A stretch of 64,000 bases of DNA, taken from contig OZ240205.1 of NCBI GenBank assembly GCA_965197395.1, positions 1,501,524 through 1,565,523 of the forward strand. Direction: 5' to 3'. Within the stretch, counting starts at the first letter, position 1; each line of letters begins with the position of its first letter. The notes under the pieces are model-generated. The model saw nothing but the letters and a program-made list of their open reading frames with translations. It did no database searches and was not told the origin of the DNA. The position numbers and the translations under genes are program-made. Below are positions 1 through 9,035 of the stretch, piece by piece. This DNA is from Vicinamibacterales bacterium. GTDB lineage: Bacteria; Acidobacteriota; Vicinamibacteria; Vicinamibacterales; UBA8438.

Positions 1-597
1 CTGCGGGCGCGCGACTGGCAGCAGCAACAAGGCCACGAGGACTCCCGTTCCCATTGCGGCGGCCAGGGCTATCCCCTGGGTGCGCCGATCGGTCTCGGCC
101 GAGGCGTCACGGGCGGCGCGCTCGGCGGCTCGTGCCAGCTCGGCGTGGGTCGCCGCGCTGCGTGACAACTCCAATCCGTCCGTGAAGATGAGATCCGACG
201 CCATGAGATCCTGGCCCGCCGACGAGTGATCCCGCGCCAGCGCGTCCATACGTTGCAGATCGTCAACTGCCGACGTCGCCTCCGCCAAGGCGCTGCTGGT
301 GCCCGGTGCGGTCGAGAGGCGGGCCAGACTCGAGAGGCTCGTCGTGATCGCGCCGATCTGCTCGGCGGTCTTCGCCACCCAGTAACCGCGATCCTGCCCG
401 GCCGCGACGTAGGCTTGTTGCGCGGCGCGCAAGTCTGACAGCGACACTGCCAGCTTCCAGCCCAGCGCGGTGAACGCACGCTCGGCTTCGCGCTCGTCCT
501 CGATGTGCTGTTCGGTGAGGAACACCTGGTAGCCGGAAGCGACAGCCACGCCCAGCATGACGATGACTAGGCTCGCTCTCAGCCACACACGGCGCAT
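1..597 (-). CDS. Hypothetical membrane-anchored, sensor-like protein; partial, with the C-terminus running off the left edge
   Basis: The third minus frame is open from the ATG at 597..595 to position 1. It is absent from the supplied track because it has no stop inside the window. The translation 'MRRVWLRASLVIVMLGVAVASGYQVFLTEQHIEDEREAERAFTALGWKLAVSLSDLRAAQQAYVAAGQDRGYW...GIALAAAMGTGVLVALLLLPVARPQ' has balanced composition and a TM / ~150-aa helical region / TM architecture. The track ORFs 69..479 and 263..586 are Arg/Pro-rich shadows. Confidence 0.5.
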   Translation of the reverse strand, partial: MRRVWLRASLVIVMLGVAVASGYQVFLTEQHIEDEREAERAFTALGWKLAVSLSDLRAAQQAYVAAGQDRGYWVAKTAEQIGAITTSLSSLARLSTAPGTSSALAEATSAVDDLQRMDALARDHSSAGQDLMASDLIFTDGLELSRSAATHAELARAAERAARDASAETDRRTQGIALAAAMGTGVLVALLLLPVARPQ

Positions 598-653
598 AGA
601 TGGACCTTACTATAGCACTCGAATGACTCCACGCGAGCGTTGATCACCACGAC

Positions 654-1535
654 ATGTACGTTGGCATCGTCATCAACCCACAGGCGGGACCGAAGCACCG
701 CGTCACAATCGAGGCACGGTGCGACCTCGCGCGCGCCGCGCTACGCGCGCAGGCGACCGACGGGGATGCTCGCGTGACCAGCGGCCGTGGAACCGCGCGG
801 GCGCTCGCGCGCGCGCTGATCGACGCGGGCGCGACGCACCTCGTGGCCTGGGGCGGCGATGGGACCGTCAACGAGGTGGCATCGGAAGCGGTCGCCCACG
901 GCGTCTCGCTCGGCATCGTCCCGGGCGGCACCGGCAACGGCCTTGCGCGCGAGCTCGACCTCGAGCACCGACCCGCGGCGGCGTTGCGTACGGCGCTGGC
1001 CGGGGGTGAGCGGGTCATCGACGCCGGTGAGATCGATGGGCGCGTGTTCTTCAACGTGGCGGGGGTGGGCTTCGATGCCTGGTTGGCCGAGGTGTTCAAT
1101 GGGCTCGCCCACCGCGGAAAGGCGGCCTACTTCGCGTCGGGTCTGCGAGAGCTCCGTGAGTACCAGCCCCGGACGTACACCGTGCGGACCGCGCAGGCCT
1201 CATTTCGGATGTCGGCGTTCAGCCTGGCCGTGGCGAACGGACGGCAATACGGAAGCGGCGCCGTGATCGCGCCGGCCGCCCGTCTGGACGATGGACGGCT
1301 CCAGGTCGTGTGCGTTCCGCCGGCCCCCGTCTGGGCGCAGCTGTGGCGGGCTCGGCGGCTGTTCACCGGAAGCGTCGACCGGGTGCCAGGCATCCGGATC
1401 GTCTCGACCGACAGCGCGGAGGTCGCATCGGATCAGCCGCTCGCGTTCCACGTCGATGGGGAGGTGTGTTCCGGTGGGCGGCACCTGCAGGTGCGCGTCC
1501 TGCCGAATGCGCTGCGCGTACGGGTTCCTCGGTAG
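654..1535 (+). CDS. Diacylglycerol/lipid kinase family protein (YegS/BmrU-like)
   Basis: The N-terminus 'MYVGIVINPQAG', the 'GGDGTVNEV' catalytic-domain motif and 'GIVPGGTGNGLAREL' are present. The 293-aa length is typical. Confidence 0.85.
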   Translation: MYVGIVINPQAGPKHRVTIEARCDLARAALRAQATDGDARVTSGRGTARALARALIDAGATHLVAWGGDGTVNEVASEAVAHGVSLGIVPGGTGNGLARELDLEHRPAAALRTALAGGERVIDAGEIDGRVFFNVAGVGFDAWLAEVFNGLAHRGKAAYFASGLRELREYQPRTYTVRTAQASFRMSAFSLAVANGRQYGSGAVIAPAARLDDGRLQVVCVPPAPVWAQLWRARRLFTGSVDRVPGIRIVSTDSAEVASDQPLAFHVDGEVCSGGRHLQVRVLPNALRVRVPR

Positions 1536-1550
1536 CGGAGGGCACGCGGC

Positions 1551-3335
1551 TTAAGGCGTACGGCTCAAGGGCGGCCCGGAGCCCGGGCGAAGGATGGCGT
1601 AAGCCGGCAGACCGATGGCCTCGAACCGCTCCATGACCTCGAGCGCGGGGGACGCACCGGGGTCTTCGGCCTGAAACTTGATCTTGACGTAGTCGGCCAG
1701 CGCCGCGTCCACTGCGGGGTCCTTGAGCGTGGTGCTGTCCATGACCAGGCAGTTCTTGCACCACGTCGCCCACACATCGACGAGGACCAGCTTGTCCTCC
1801 GCTTCGGCTGCGGCGAGGCCCTGGTCCAACGACGGATACCATCCCTCGTCGATCAGCTCCTGCACGCTGCCCGCCACCAGCTCCGGATCGACCCAGCGCT
1901 GGCTGAAGAGCCCGTAGGCCAGCGAGCCGTAGTAAACGGCAGTCCCGAGGATGAACACGCCGATCGCCTGCTTGACGCGCACCATCCACGGGCCGGGCTT
2001 GGGCATGAACGTCAGGCCGGCTCCCGCGATCGGCCACGGGATGGCCATACCCAGGCCGAGGATGAAGGGCAGAGCGAGGGCGATGCCCGTGCCGGTCGCA
2101 TAGAGATTGCTGGAAAAGACGATGACCTGGATGACGACCGGCGCCACGCACGCCCCCGCCAGCAAGGCGGCCACGCCACCCATCCCGAACGCGACCACGA
2201 ACGACCCGCTCCCGCTGGAATCACCGGCTAACCGGTTCTGAAAACGGGAAAAGTCGATGGTGATGACGTCGAACATGGCGAGCGTCAGCACGACGAAAAG
2301 CAGCGCGATGCCGAGGTTGAACCACGGCGAGGCGTTGATGGTGCCAAACGTGCCCGCGGTCAGGATCACGATCAGCCCGAGCACGCCGTAGACCAGCGCC
2401 ATGGCCAGGCCGTAGGCGCTGCCGAGCACGAAGCCGCGCACGCGGGATCCGGCCCGGGCGCCCGCACCGATGATCGCCAGGTTGATGGGGATCATCGGCA
2501 AGACACAGGGTGTGAGGTTCAAGGCGAGCCCGCCAATGAGGATCAAAGCGAGGATGGCGATCGGCCCGCGGCCTTCGAACCAGCCACGTTCCGCTTCACC
2601 GGATTCAGCGCGCCCGATGAAGCCCAAAAACTCCTCGACATCCGCGTAGCCGGCGGTTCCCAGCACCTCGAATTGCGCCAGCCGCGCGAGTGCCGCGGTG
2701 TCGTCTCCAACGACCCCGGCGTCGGCGGCGGTCGTGCGCGGCGCGGGCGATGCATCGGGTGGATCACCGCCCGCGCTCGCAGCGGCGAACGTGAGGGCAT
2801 CGAACAGCTCCGTGCGGCGCGCCGTGAGCGTTTCGCTCTCGGGCGCCACGCGCAGCGCGAACTCGACCGGGACGGTCGTCGGGATGTAGCACATCCGCTC
2901 GTCGCAGGCCTGATACCGAAGTGACCCCGGCACCACGTAGTCGCCTGGTGGAAGGTCCGCCTCGAGCGTCAGCGCCGCGCCGATGACGAACTCTTCCTCG
3001 AAGACAGCGAGCGGCTGCTCGGACCCGGCCGACTCAAAGAGAATGGGCGTGGGCCAGGCAACGCCCCCGAGCTCGACCCCAGGGGGCGGATCCAGCGTGA
3101 GCACCGTCGGGATCAGGAACTCCTCGAGCGGCTCGTTCGAGTTGACGTGCAAGCCCGAGCCTTGAGGCTCCAATCGCGCCTCGATTGCGACCCGATGGGT
3201 CGTGCCGGGGTGGGCAGCGTCTGCCTCCGCCACGCTGCTGAGCGCGATCGAGATGTGCTTGGGCTGCGCCTCGGTCGACGCCGGCCAGAGCAGCACCGTC
3301 GCGATTGCTGCGCACAGGAATCGTTGCCACATCAC
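1551..3335 (-). CDS. dsbD: Thiol:disulfide interchange protein DsbD (N-terminal periplasmic domain, transmembrane core, C-terminal thioredoxin)
   Basis: It has a signal peptide, a multi-TM core containing 'LNLTPCVLPMIPI', and a C-terminal thioredoxin domain with 'WATWCKNC'. Confidence 0.85.
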   Translation of the reverse strand: MMWQRFLCAAIATVLLWPASTEAQPKHISIALSSVAEADAAHPGTTHRVAIEARLEPQGSGLHVNSNEPLEEFLIPTVLTLDPPPGVELGGVAWPTPILFESAGSEQPLAVFEEEFVIGAALTLEADLPPGDYVVPGSLRYQACDERMCYIPTTVPVEFALRVAPESETLTARRTELFDALTFAAASAGGDPPDASPAPRTTAADAGVVGDDTAALARLAQFEVLGTAGYADVEEFLGFIGRAESGEAERGWFEGRGPIAILALILIGGLALNLTPCVLPMIPINLAIIGAGARAGSRVRGFVLGSAYGLAMALVYGVLGLIVILTAGTFGTINASPWFNLGIALLFVVLTLAMFDVITIDFSRFQNRLAGDSSGSGSFVVAFGMGGVAALLAGACVAPVVIQVIVFSSNLYATGTGIALALPFILGLGMAIPWPIAGAGLTFMPKPGPWMVRVKQAIGVFILGTAVYYGSLAYGLFSQRWVDPELVAGSVQELIDEGWYPSLDQGLAAAEAEDKLVLVDVWATWCKNCLVMDSTTLKDPAVDAALADYVKIKFQAEDPGASPALEVMERFEAIGLPAYAILRPGSGPPLSRTP

Positions 3336-3347
3336 GACTTCTTACCT

Positions 3348-4964
3348 CTATCCACTTGGACGCCCCGGACGCCCACCAGGGTCCGATTCTACCAGTCCCG
3401 GCTCCTGGCGACCCGTGGACGCTAGCGGTCGATCTCGGCCAGTGCCGCCCCGTCGTCGTTGACCTCGATGCGGCGGAGTGGTCCCCGCACCGGCACGCAC
3501 CTCGGTCACGCGCTCCACGACGGGCACGACGATTGACTCGTTGTCGCCCTGCCGGTACACCAACGTCACGGTGACCGGCACTTCGAAGAGCGTCCCGTGC
3601 TGCGCGAACCGTAGCACCGCGACCGCATCACCCGGCTCACCGGTCCGGGGCGCCACGGCACGATAGCTGAAGTCGATCGCCGGTAGGTCGGATTCGTGGA
3701 TCCAGCGGTCGAAAAAGCCCGTCAGGGACCGGCCGGCCTCGGCCTCGAACGCCCGTATCAGGTCATCCGTACCGGCTGGCTGAAAGCGCATCTCCCCATA
3801 GAAGCGGCGGAGCCCGCCGACGAAGGCGTCATCGCCGATCAGTCGTCGCAGCATGTGGAGCACCATCGCTCCCTTGTTGTAGACGAGCGCCAGAAACACG
3901 CGCGGCTCCCCGTCCATCCGGCCGAGTCGGTTGCCGAGATACACCGGACCGTGCGCGGTATGCCGCAGGCTCCAGCGGCGCATCTGCTTGATGACCTCGC
4001 CGAACACCTCTGGTCCGCCTTCCCGCTCCGCGTAGAGCGCAGCGAAGTATTGGGCGACGCCTTCGCTCAGCCACTGCTCGTGATAGTTCTTCCATCCCAC
4101 CGCCTGGCCCCACCATTGGTGGATGACGAACGACAGCGGCACGAACTCGTCGAAGACGGCTTCCGCCTGGTCGAAGTCGCCGTCGTCCTGCACGGGTACC
4201 CCGGCGAGCGCGCCCCTCGAGACGTGAGCGTCGAAGTGCTCTGGACTCACCCGAACGAACACCTCGGTGACCTCTGCCTCGAGCGTCGCGGCGCCGGCGA
4301 AGAGCCGCACTTGATCGCGCTCGGCCGCGGGTTCGGGCGCGAAGGTCACGTCTCCCCGACCGATGAGCACGAGGCCGGTGATACCCCGGTCGTTCTCGAC
4401 CGGATACGCCGAACCACTGGCCATGCGAAGACTCATGTCCTCCGCGGCGATGACCAGGCCAGTCGCGTCGAAGTGTCGCTCGCGACTCAGCGTGAGGTGG
4501 GAGAGCCCATCGATCGAGTCGAGGACGTCCGCCTCGGCGATGCGCCAGCGCGGCGCGGCACTGTCCGCCTTACTCCGTGTCACGTCGAGCCGCCACGTCA
4601 CGAGTCGGCCGCGATCGCCGCGCTCCGTGAACACGTCGAGCGTGAGGTCGTAGGCCGCGGGGTCGTCGGCACCGTCTCGCGGTGTGAACAACCGGGGTCG
4701 GACGACCGCCGTCGTGACATCCCCACGGAGCTCGTCGCGCGCGAAGCGGCGCACCGCGCGGGTGTCGCCTTCGCTGGCGATCAGTTCCACAAACGCATCA
4801 ACGTCCCTGGCGCTGACCGCGGCTTCGATGTCCCGTAGCAACGGTTGGAGCTCGGCGATCGCATTCGAAGGCTGGGCCTGCGCAAGAGGCGGCACAGCGA
4901 GACAGAGACACAGCGTCAGGCCGCCGACGCCCACGCGCACCAACCCCGTCAGGCGCGGCACCAC
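3348..4964 (-). CDS. M1-family (aminopeptidase N-like) protein with a degenerate zinc motif
   Basis: 'FVIHQWWGQAVGWKNYHEQWLSEGVAQYFAALY' matches the M1 'HExxHQWFG...WLNEGFA' region, but the first His and the Glu are replaced (S-F-V-I-H). The start was moved to GTG 4964 because the track start at 5105 overlaps the aminotransferase. A signal-like 'GLTLCLCLAVPPLAQAQ' follows the new start. Confidence 0.65.
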   Translation of the reverse strand: MVPRLTGLVRVGVGGLTLCLCLAVPPLAQAQPSNAIAELQPLLRDIEAAVSARDVDAFVELIASEGDTRAVRRFARDELRGDVTTAVVRPRLFTPRDGADDPAAYDLTLDVFTERGDRGRLVTWRLDVTRSKADSAAPRWRIAEADVLDSIDGLSHLTLSRERHFDATGLVIAAEDMSLRMASGSAYPVENDRGITGLVLIGRGDVTFAPEPAAERDQVRLFAGAATLEAEVTEVFVRVSPEHFDAHVSRGALAGVPVQDDGDFDQAEAVFDEFVPLSFVIHQWWGQAVGWKNYHEQWLSEGVAQYFAALYAEREGGPEVFGEVIKQMRRWSLRHTAHGPVYLGNRLGRMDGEPRVFLALVYNKGAMVLHMLRRLIGDDAFVGGLRRFYGEMRFQPAGTDDLIRAFEAEAGRSLTGFFDRWIHESDLPAIDFSYRAVAPRTGEPGDAVAVLRFAQHGTLFEVPVTVTLVYRQGDNESIVVPVVERVTEVRAGAGTTPPHRGQRRRGGTGRDRPLASTGRQEPGLVESDPGGRPGRPSG

Positions 4965-4969
4965 GGGCC

Positions 4970-6223
4970 CTACTCGGCGAGGAACTCGGCGGTGAATGCC
5001 TCGATGGCGTCGTAGAGCTCGTTCAGCTCGTCGGGTGACGCGAGGAACACGACGCGGAAGTAGCCGTCGCGCGGATCCGTGCCAAAGCCCGAGCCGTAGA
5101 CGCACAGGATGCCCGTCGCGCGGACGAGCCCGATGACGTACTCCTCATCCGTCCGGCCGGGCGGCAGCTCGACCTTCGGCATCGCGTAGAACGCCGCGTG
5201 GGGAGGGACGCACGACATGCCTTCGATGGCGTTCAGCCGGCGCGTCGTGACGTCGGCGCGTGCCTTCAGCTGGTGGCGGAACGCAGCCTGATGGCTCTTG
5301 TCGCCGGTGAGGGCGGCCTCCACGGCGTACTGCATCGGACCGACGCTACAGAGACGACCGTCGGCCATCTCCAAAATTGCCGCGAGGACGCCGTCGAGCC
5401 GAGCACCGCCCCCGACCGCCATCCACCCGGCGCGCCACCCAGGTGCCAGATAGGCCTTCGATAGCGACGAAAACGAGATCACCGGTGCATCGGGGTTGTA
5501 GCTCCCCAGCGGGGCCACCTGCCCGTCATAGGCGAGGTCCGTGTAGCCCTCATCCGAGAGCAGCACGATGTTGTGACGGTCGGCGAGGTCGACCAGGGCG
5601 AGCCGATGCTCCGCGCTGTAGACCGCGCCCGTGGGGTTGTTGGGGTCGATGACGACCAGCGCGCGCGTCCGAGGCGTGATCAAGCTCCGGATGTGCTCGA
5701 TGTCGGGCTGCCATCCGCGCGACGGGTCGGTTCGGTAGTAGACGCCCCGCGCGCCGAGCTTGCTCAGAATCGCGGTGTAAAAGGGGTACGTCGGCACCGG
5801 CACGAGAACTTCGTCGCCGCGATCGACGATGACGCCCAGCGCCAGGTCGATCCCCTCCGACGCGCCTGCCGTGAGCACGACGCGGTCGGACCCGATCTGC
5901 AGGCCGCGGGCGCCGAACTCCGCGGCCACCGCCTCGCGCGCCACGCCGACGCCCGCGGCCGGCGTGTAGCCGTTGCGCCCGTCCCGCATCGCGCGCTCGA
6001 CCGCATCGATCAGGTGGGGCGGTGTCTCGAACCCGAACAGCACCGGGTCGCCGATGTTGAGGTAGCGCACCCGCCGACCGCTGGCTTCGACCTCGCGCGC
6101 CTCGGTCACGATGTTCCGAATCGCGTAGTCGAAACCCGCGTTGCGATTCGCCGTAGGTATCGCCGCGGGCGTAGCCGACGCGACGTGCGGATGAGATGCC
6201 ACCACTTTGATACTACCCCACAT
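4970..6223 (-). CDS. Class I/II PLP-dependent aminotransferase (AlaA/aspartate aminotransferase-like)
   Basis: It carries the 'SFSSLSKAYLAPGWRAGW' PLP-lysine motif, 'IDPNNPTGAVY' and 'YLNIGDP'. The ORF is 417 aa. Confidence 0.85.
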   Translation of the reverse strand: MWGSIKVVASHPHVASATPAAIPTANRNAGFDYAIRNIVTEAREVEASGRRVRYLNIGDPVLFGFETPPHLIDAVERAMRDGRNGYTPAAGVGVAREAVAAEFGARGLQIGSDRVVLTAGASEGIDLALGVIVDRGDEVLVPVPTYPFYTAILSKLGARGVYYRTDPSRGWQPDIEHIRSLITPRTRALVVIDPNNPTGAVYSAEHRLALVDLADRHNIVLLSDEGYTDLAYDGQVAPLGSYNPDAPVISFSSLSKAYLAPGWRAGWMAVGGGARLDGVLAAILEMADGRLCSVGPMQYAVEAALTGDKSHQAAFRHQLKARADVTTRRLNAIEGMSCVPPHAAFYAMPKVELPPGRTDEEYVIGLVRATGILCVYGSGFGTDPRDGYFRVVFLASPDELNELYDAIEAFTAEFLAE

Positions 6224-6241
6224 TCGACGTAAGCTCCCCCA

Positions 6242-6625
6242 ATGGCGATCCGCACGGAGTTGTCGGTGAGACTACAAAACAGTCCGGGCGCGCTCAGCCG
6301 CGTCTGTCAATCGCTGGTCGACGAGCGGGTCAACATCATCGCGCTGGCCGTCGAGGGCGGCGGCACGTTGCGCATGGTCGTCGACAACCCGCTGCACGCG
6401 GCCGGTACGCTCGAGGAGCAGGAGTACGCGGTGGAGCAGCGTGACGTGCTGTTCGTGCAGTTGCCGAACGAACCGGGCGCGCTCGGGCGCGCAGCGCAGA
6501 TGCTGTCGAACGCCGACGTCAACGTCGAGTACGCCTACGCGTCGGCGCTCGAGGACCAGACGATGGCTGTGGTCGTCGTCGGCGTCGAGGATGCCCAGCG
6601 CGCGTCGATGTCCGCCGGCGTGTAA
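6242..6625 (+). CDS. ACT domain-containing protein (two ACT-like halves)
   Basis: 'LQNSPGALSRVCQSLVDERVNIIAL' and 'LPNEPGALGRAAQMLSNADVNVEY' are both typical ACT beta-alpha-beta openings. Confidence 0.7.
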   Translation: MAIRTELSVRLQNSPGALSRVCQSLVDERVNIIALAVEGGGTLRMVVDNPLHAAGTLEEQEYAVEQRDVLFVQLPNEPGALGRAAQMLSNADVNVEYAYASALEDQTMAVVVVGVEDAQRASMSAGV

Positions 6626-6667
6626 CGTTGCCGACCGTCCGCCAGATAGCGCGTGCCCGTGATCGCC

Positions 6668-6679
6668 GGGGGGGGGGGG
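6668..6679. repeat. Homopolymeric G12 tract in an intergenic region
   Basis: Read directly: 'gatcgcc gggggggggggg tcccacccc'. It is the longest homopolymer I saw in the window. Confidence 0.9.
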
Positions 6680-6689
6680 TCCCACCCCA

Positions 6690-6800
6690 ATGCATTTCAA
6701 TCTCAACGCCCTCGCTGCGATCGGCGCGGTCCCGGTCACGCTGGCGTTGGCGGGCGTGATGCTGTTCGGCGTGGACATCCTCAGGCGGTGTTGCGTCTAG
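6690..6800 (+). CDS. Candidate small membrane peptide (36 aa), below the ORF-track cutoff
   Basis: The ORF runs from ATG at 6690 to TAG at 6798..6800 and translates to 'MHFNLNALAAIGAVPVTLALAGVMLFGVDILRRCCV'. It has one hydrophobic helix and about 31 of 35 codons end in G/C, which is coding-like for this genome. The G-run ends 10 nt upstream of the ATG. Confidence 0.3.
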   Translation: MHFNLNALAAIGAVPVTLALAGVMLFGVDILRRCCV

Positions 6801-6828
6801 CAACAGCGTCCTGTAACCGCTAGCGCGC

Positions 6829-7263
6829 GTGACAAAGCCTCTCGATCCGTTCCCTTCGCGCGCCGAGCGAGAGCAAGCCGAGGCGGTCCAGTTGTACCGG
6901 CTCGCCGCGGAGCAAGGTGTGGCCGGCGCACAGTGTCGACTCGCCGTGATGTACGCCGAGGGTCGGGGTGTCGCGCGGGACGACGCCGAGGCTGTGCGGT
7001 GGTTTCGGCTGGCCGCCGGCCAGGGCGATGCGGAGGCTCAGGGTGGCCTAGGCTTCGCGTACGGCGCGGGTCGGGGAGTCGAGCAGGACTTCGTGGCGTC
7101 GTATATGTGGTTGACGCTGGCGATCGCGGCGCTCACCGGTGTCACGCAGCATGGGGCGACGAAGTTCCGCGACACGATCGCCGCGGCGATGACATCCGCA
7201 CAAATCACCGAAGCCCAACGCCTCGCTCGTGAGTGGACACCGATCTCGGACGCATCGACATAG
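6829..7263 (+). CDS. Sel1-like (SLR/TPR) repeat protein
   Basis: It contains repeated 'A.RWFRLAAGQGDAEAQGGLGFAYGAGRGVEQD' and 'LYRLAAEQGVAGAQCRLAVMYAEGRGVARD' units. It uses a GTG start. Confidence 0.8.
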   Translation: MTKPLDPFPSRAEREQAEAVQLYRLAAEQGVAGAQCRLAVMYAEGRGVARDDAEAVRWFRLAAGQGDAEAQGGLGFAYGAGRGVEQDFVASYMWLTLAIAALTGVTQHGATKFRDTIAAAMTSAQITEAQRLAREWTPISDAST

Positions 7264-7344
7264 GGTCCGGTCGCGGCAACGAGGCGGGGCTCTCGCACCC
7301 GACGCGCGCCGGCTGCCGGCGGCGATCCACCTTGGCCTCTTCAC

Positions 7345-8991
7345 ATGAGAGGAGCGGACATCGGCAACAGACGAGACGCGCTTCACACGATTCTCCACTA
7401 TCACGAGGTCACCAAACATCGGTTTCAAGGCTATGCCAGGGGGCCCGGGCACCTTGACTGGGCCACGCAGCCGAACCCGTTTCGTCGGTACGAGGGCGCG
7501 CGCCTGGCGCCGCTACGGAAAACTCCGCCAACCGAGGCGCCGCGTTATGACGACGCCTTCGTTCACGGTCGGATATCGCCCGCGCTCGTGAGCGCGCAGA
7601 GCGTCTCGCAGGTCCTGTACGACAGCTTGGCGATATCGGCATGGAAGAGCGCCGGTGGCGCCCGTTGGGCGCTCCGGGTCAATCCGTCGAGCGGGAACCT
7701 GCATCCCACCGAAGGCTACGTGATCTGTGGCGCCATCGACGGCCTCTGCGGCACTCCCATGGTCTGTCACTACGCACCAAAGGAACATGGGTTGGAAGTA
7801 CGGGCGGAGTTTGGGACCGAGCTGTGGCACGCGGTCTGTGTCGGGTTTCCCAAGGACACGTTCTTCGTCGGACTCACGTCCATTCCCTGGCGGGAAGCAT
7901 GGAAGTACGGTCAGCGCGCGTATCGCTATTGTCAGCACGATGTCGGTCATGCCATCGGTGCGATCAGTGTCGCCGCAGCCGGCCTGGGATGGCGGACGAC
8001 GTTGCTGGATGATCTGGGCACGGATGAGCTGGCGCTCCTCCTGGGCACCGGGCGGGATCACGACGCTGAACCGGAAGAACCGGACGTGCTCATCGCTGTG
8101 GTCCCGTGTGACGCGGACAGGCGTGAGGGCCGTCTCCCCAAGGACTCGATTCTGGCTTTTGCGTCGCTTGACTGGCGGGGCACACCGAATCAACTGAGTC
8201 CGTCTCACGTGGAGTGGGGCGTCGATGAACCTGCCGAGGCGACGCGAACGACGCCTGGTCTCGGTCGATACGAGGCGCGTGGCGACCCGCCGGCGCAGTG
8301 GTCGTTGGACCCCCGTCCGCTCTCCCTTCGCACGCTGATCCGTCAGCGCCGTAGTGCGGTCGCCATGGACACGACGACTCGAATCGATCGCACGACGTTC
8401 TATCGGATCCTTCACAAGACGGTGGCCGTGCCCGGCAGCGTTCCCTTCAGCACCCTCCCGTGGAAGCCGCACCTTCACTTGGCCATTTTCGTTCACCGGG
8501 TTGATGATCTTGCTGCTGGTCTCTACTTCCTCGTTCGCGACCAGTCACAGAAGCCGGCGCTCGAGGCCGCCCTCACGCAGGCTGGGGAGTGGCGGCGTCC
8601 CCCCGGTTGCCCCGACGAGCTCGACCTGTATTGCTTAGCCGAGGGCGATACGCAACACGCCGCCCGACAGGTATCGTGTTTTCAGGAGATCGCAAGCGAT
8701 GGGTGTTTCAGTCTCGGCATGATTGCCGAGTTTGAGCGGCCATTGCACCGGTACGGCGCCTGGTTTTATCCTCGTCTGTTTTGGGAGGCCGGAGTCGTCG
8801 GCCAGGTGCTCTATCTGGAAGCCGAAGCCACCGGTATCCGGAGTACCGGCATCGGTTGCTATTTCGACGACCCGATGCATGACGTCCTCGGCCTCAAAGA
8901 CCGGACCTATCAGGACCTCTACCATTTCACCCTCGGCGGTCCCATCGAGGACACTCGACTGACCACGCTCCCGGCGTATCCAGACGAGTAG
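7345..8991 (+). CDS. SagB/ThcOx-type dehydrogenase (tandem nitroreductase-fold domains)
   Basis: The N-terminal 'ILHYHEVTKH', 'NPSSGNLHPTE' and a C-terminal nitroreductase-like half ('GIGCYFDD') are present. The size is ~550 aa. Confidence 0.65.
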   Translation: MRGADIGNRRDALHTILHYHEVTKHRFQGYARGPGHLDWATQPNPFRRYEGARLAPLRKTPPTEAPRYDDAFVHGRISPALVSAQSVSQVLYDSLAISAWKSAGGARWALRVNPSSGNLHPTEGYVICGAIDGLCGTPMVCHYAPKEHGLEVRAEFGTELWHAVCVGFPKDTFFVGLTSIPWREAWKYGQRAYRYCQHDVGHAIGAISVAAAGLGWRTTLLDDLGTDELALLLGTGRDHDAEPEEPDVLIAVVPCDADRREGRLPKDSILAFASLDWRGTPNQLSPSHVEWGVDEPAEATRTTPGLGRYEARGDPPAQWSLDPRPLSLRTLIRQRRSAVAMDTTTRIDRTTFYRILHKTVAVPGSVPFSTLPWKPHLHLAIFVHRVDDLAAGLYFLVRDQSQKPALEAALTQAGEWRRPPGCPDELDLYCLAEGDTQHAARQVSCFQEIASDGCFSLGMIAEFERPLHRYGAWFYPRLFWEAGVVGQVLYLEAEATGIRSTGIGCYFDDPMHDVLGLKDRTYQDLYHFTLGGPIEDTRLTTLPAYPDE

Positions 8992-9035
8992 TCGGGGCGC
9001 GTGGCCGCACAGCGTGTCCACCGGGACGCCGCCGG

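Noticed and set aside
69-586. Track ORFs 69..479 and 263..586 at the left edge
   Set aside because: Both are Arg/Pro-rich. The third minus frame gives a coherent TM / helical domain / TM protein that is open to the window edge, so I called that one instead.
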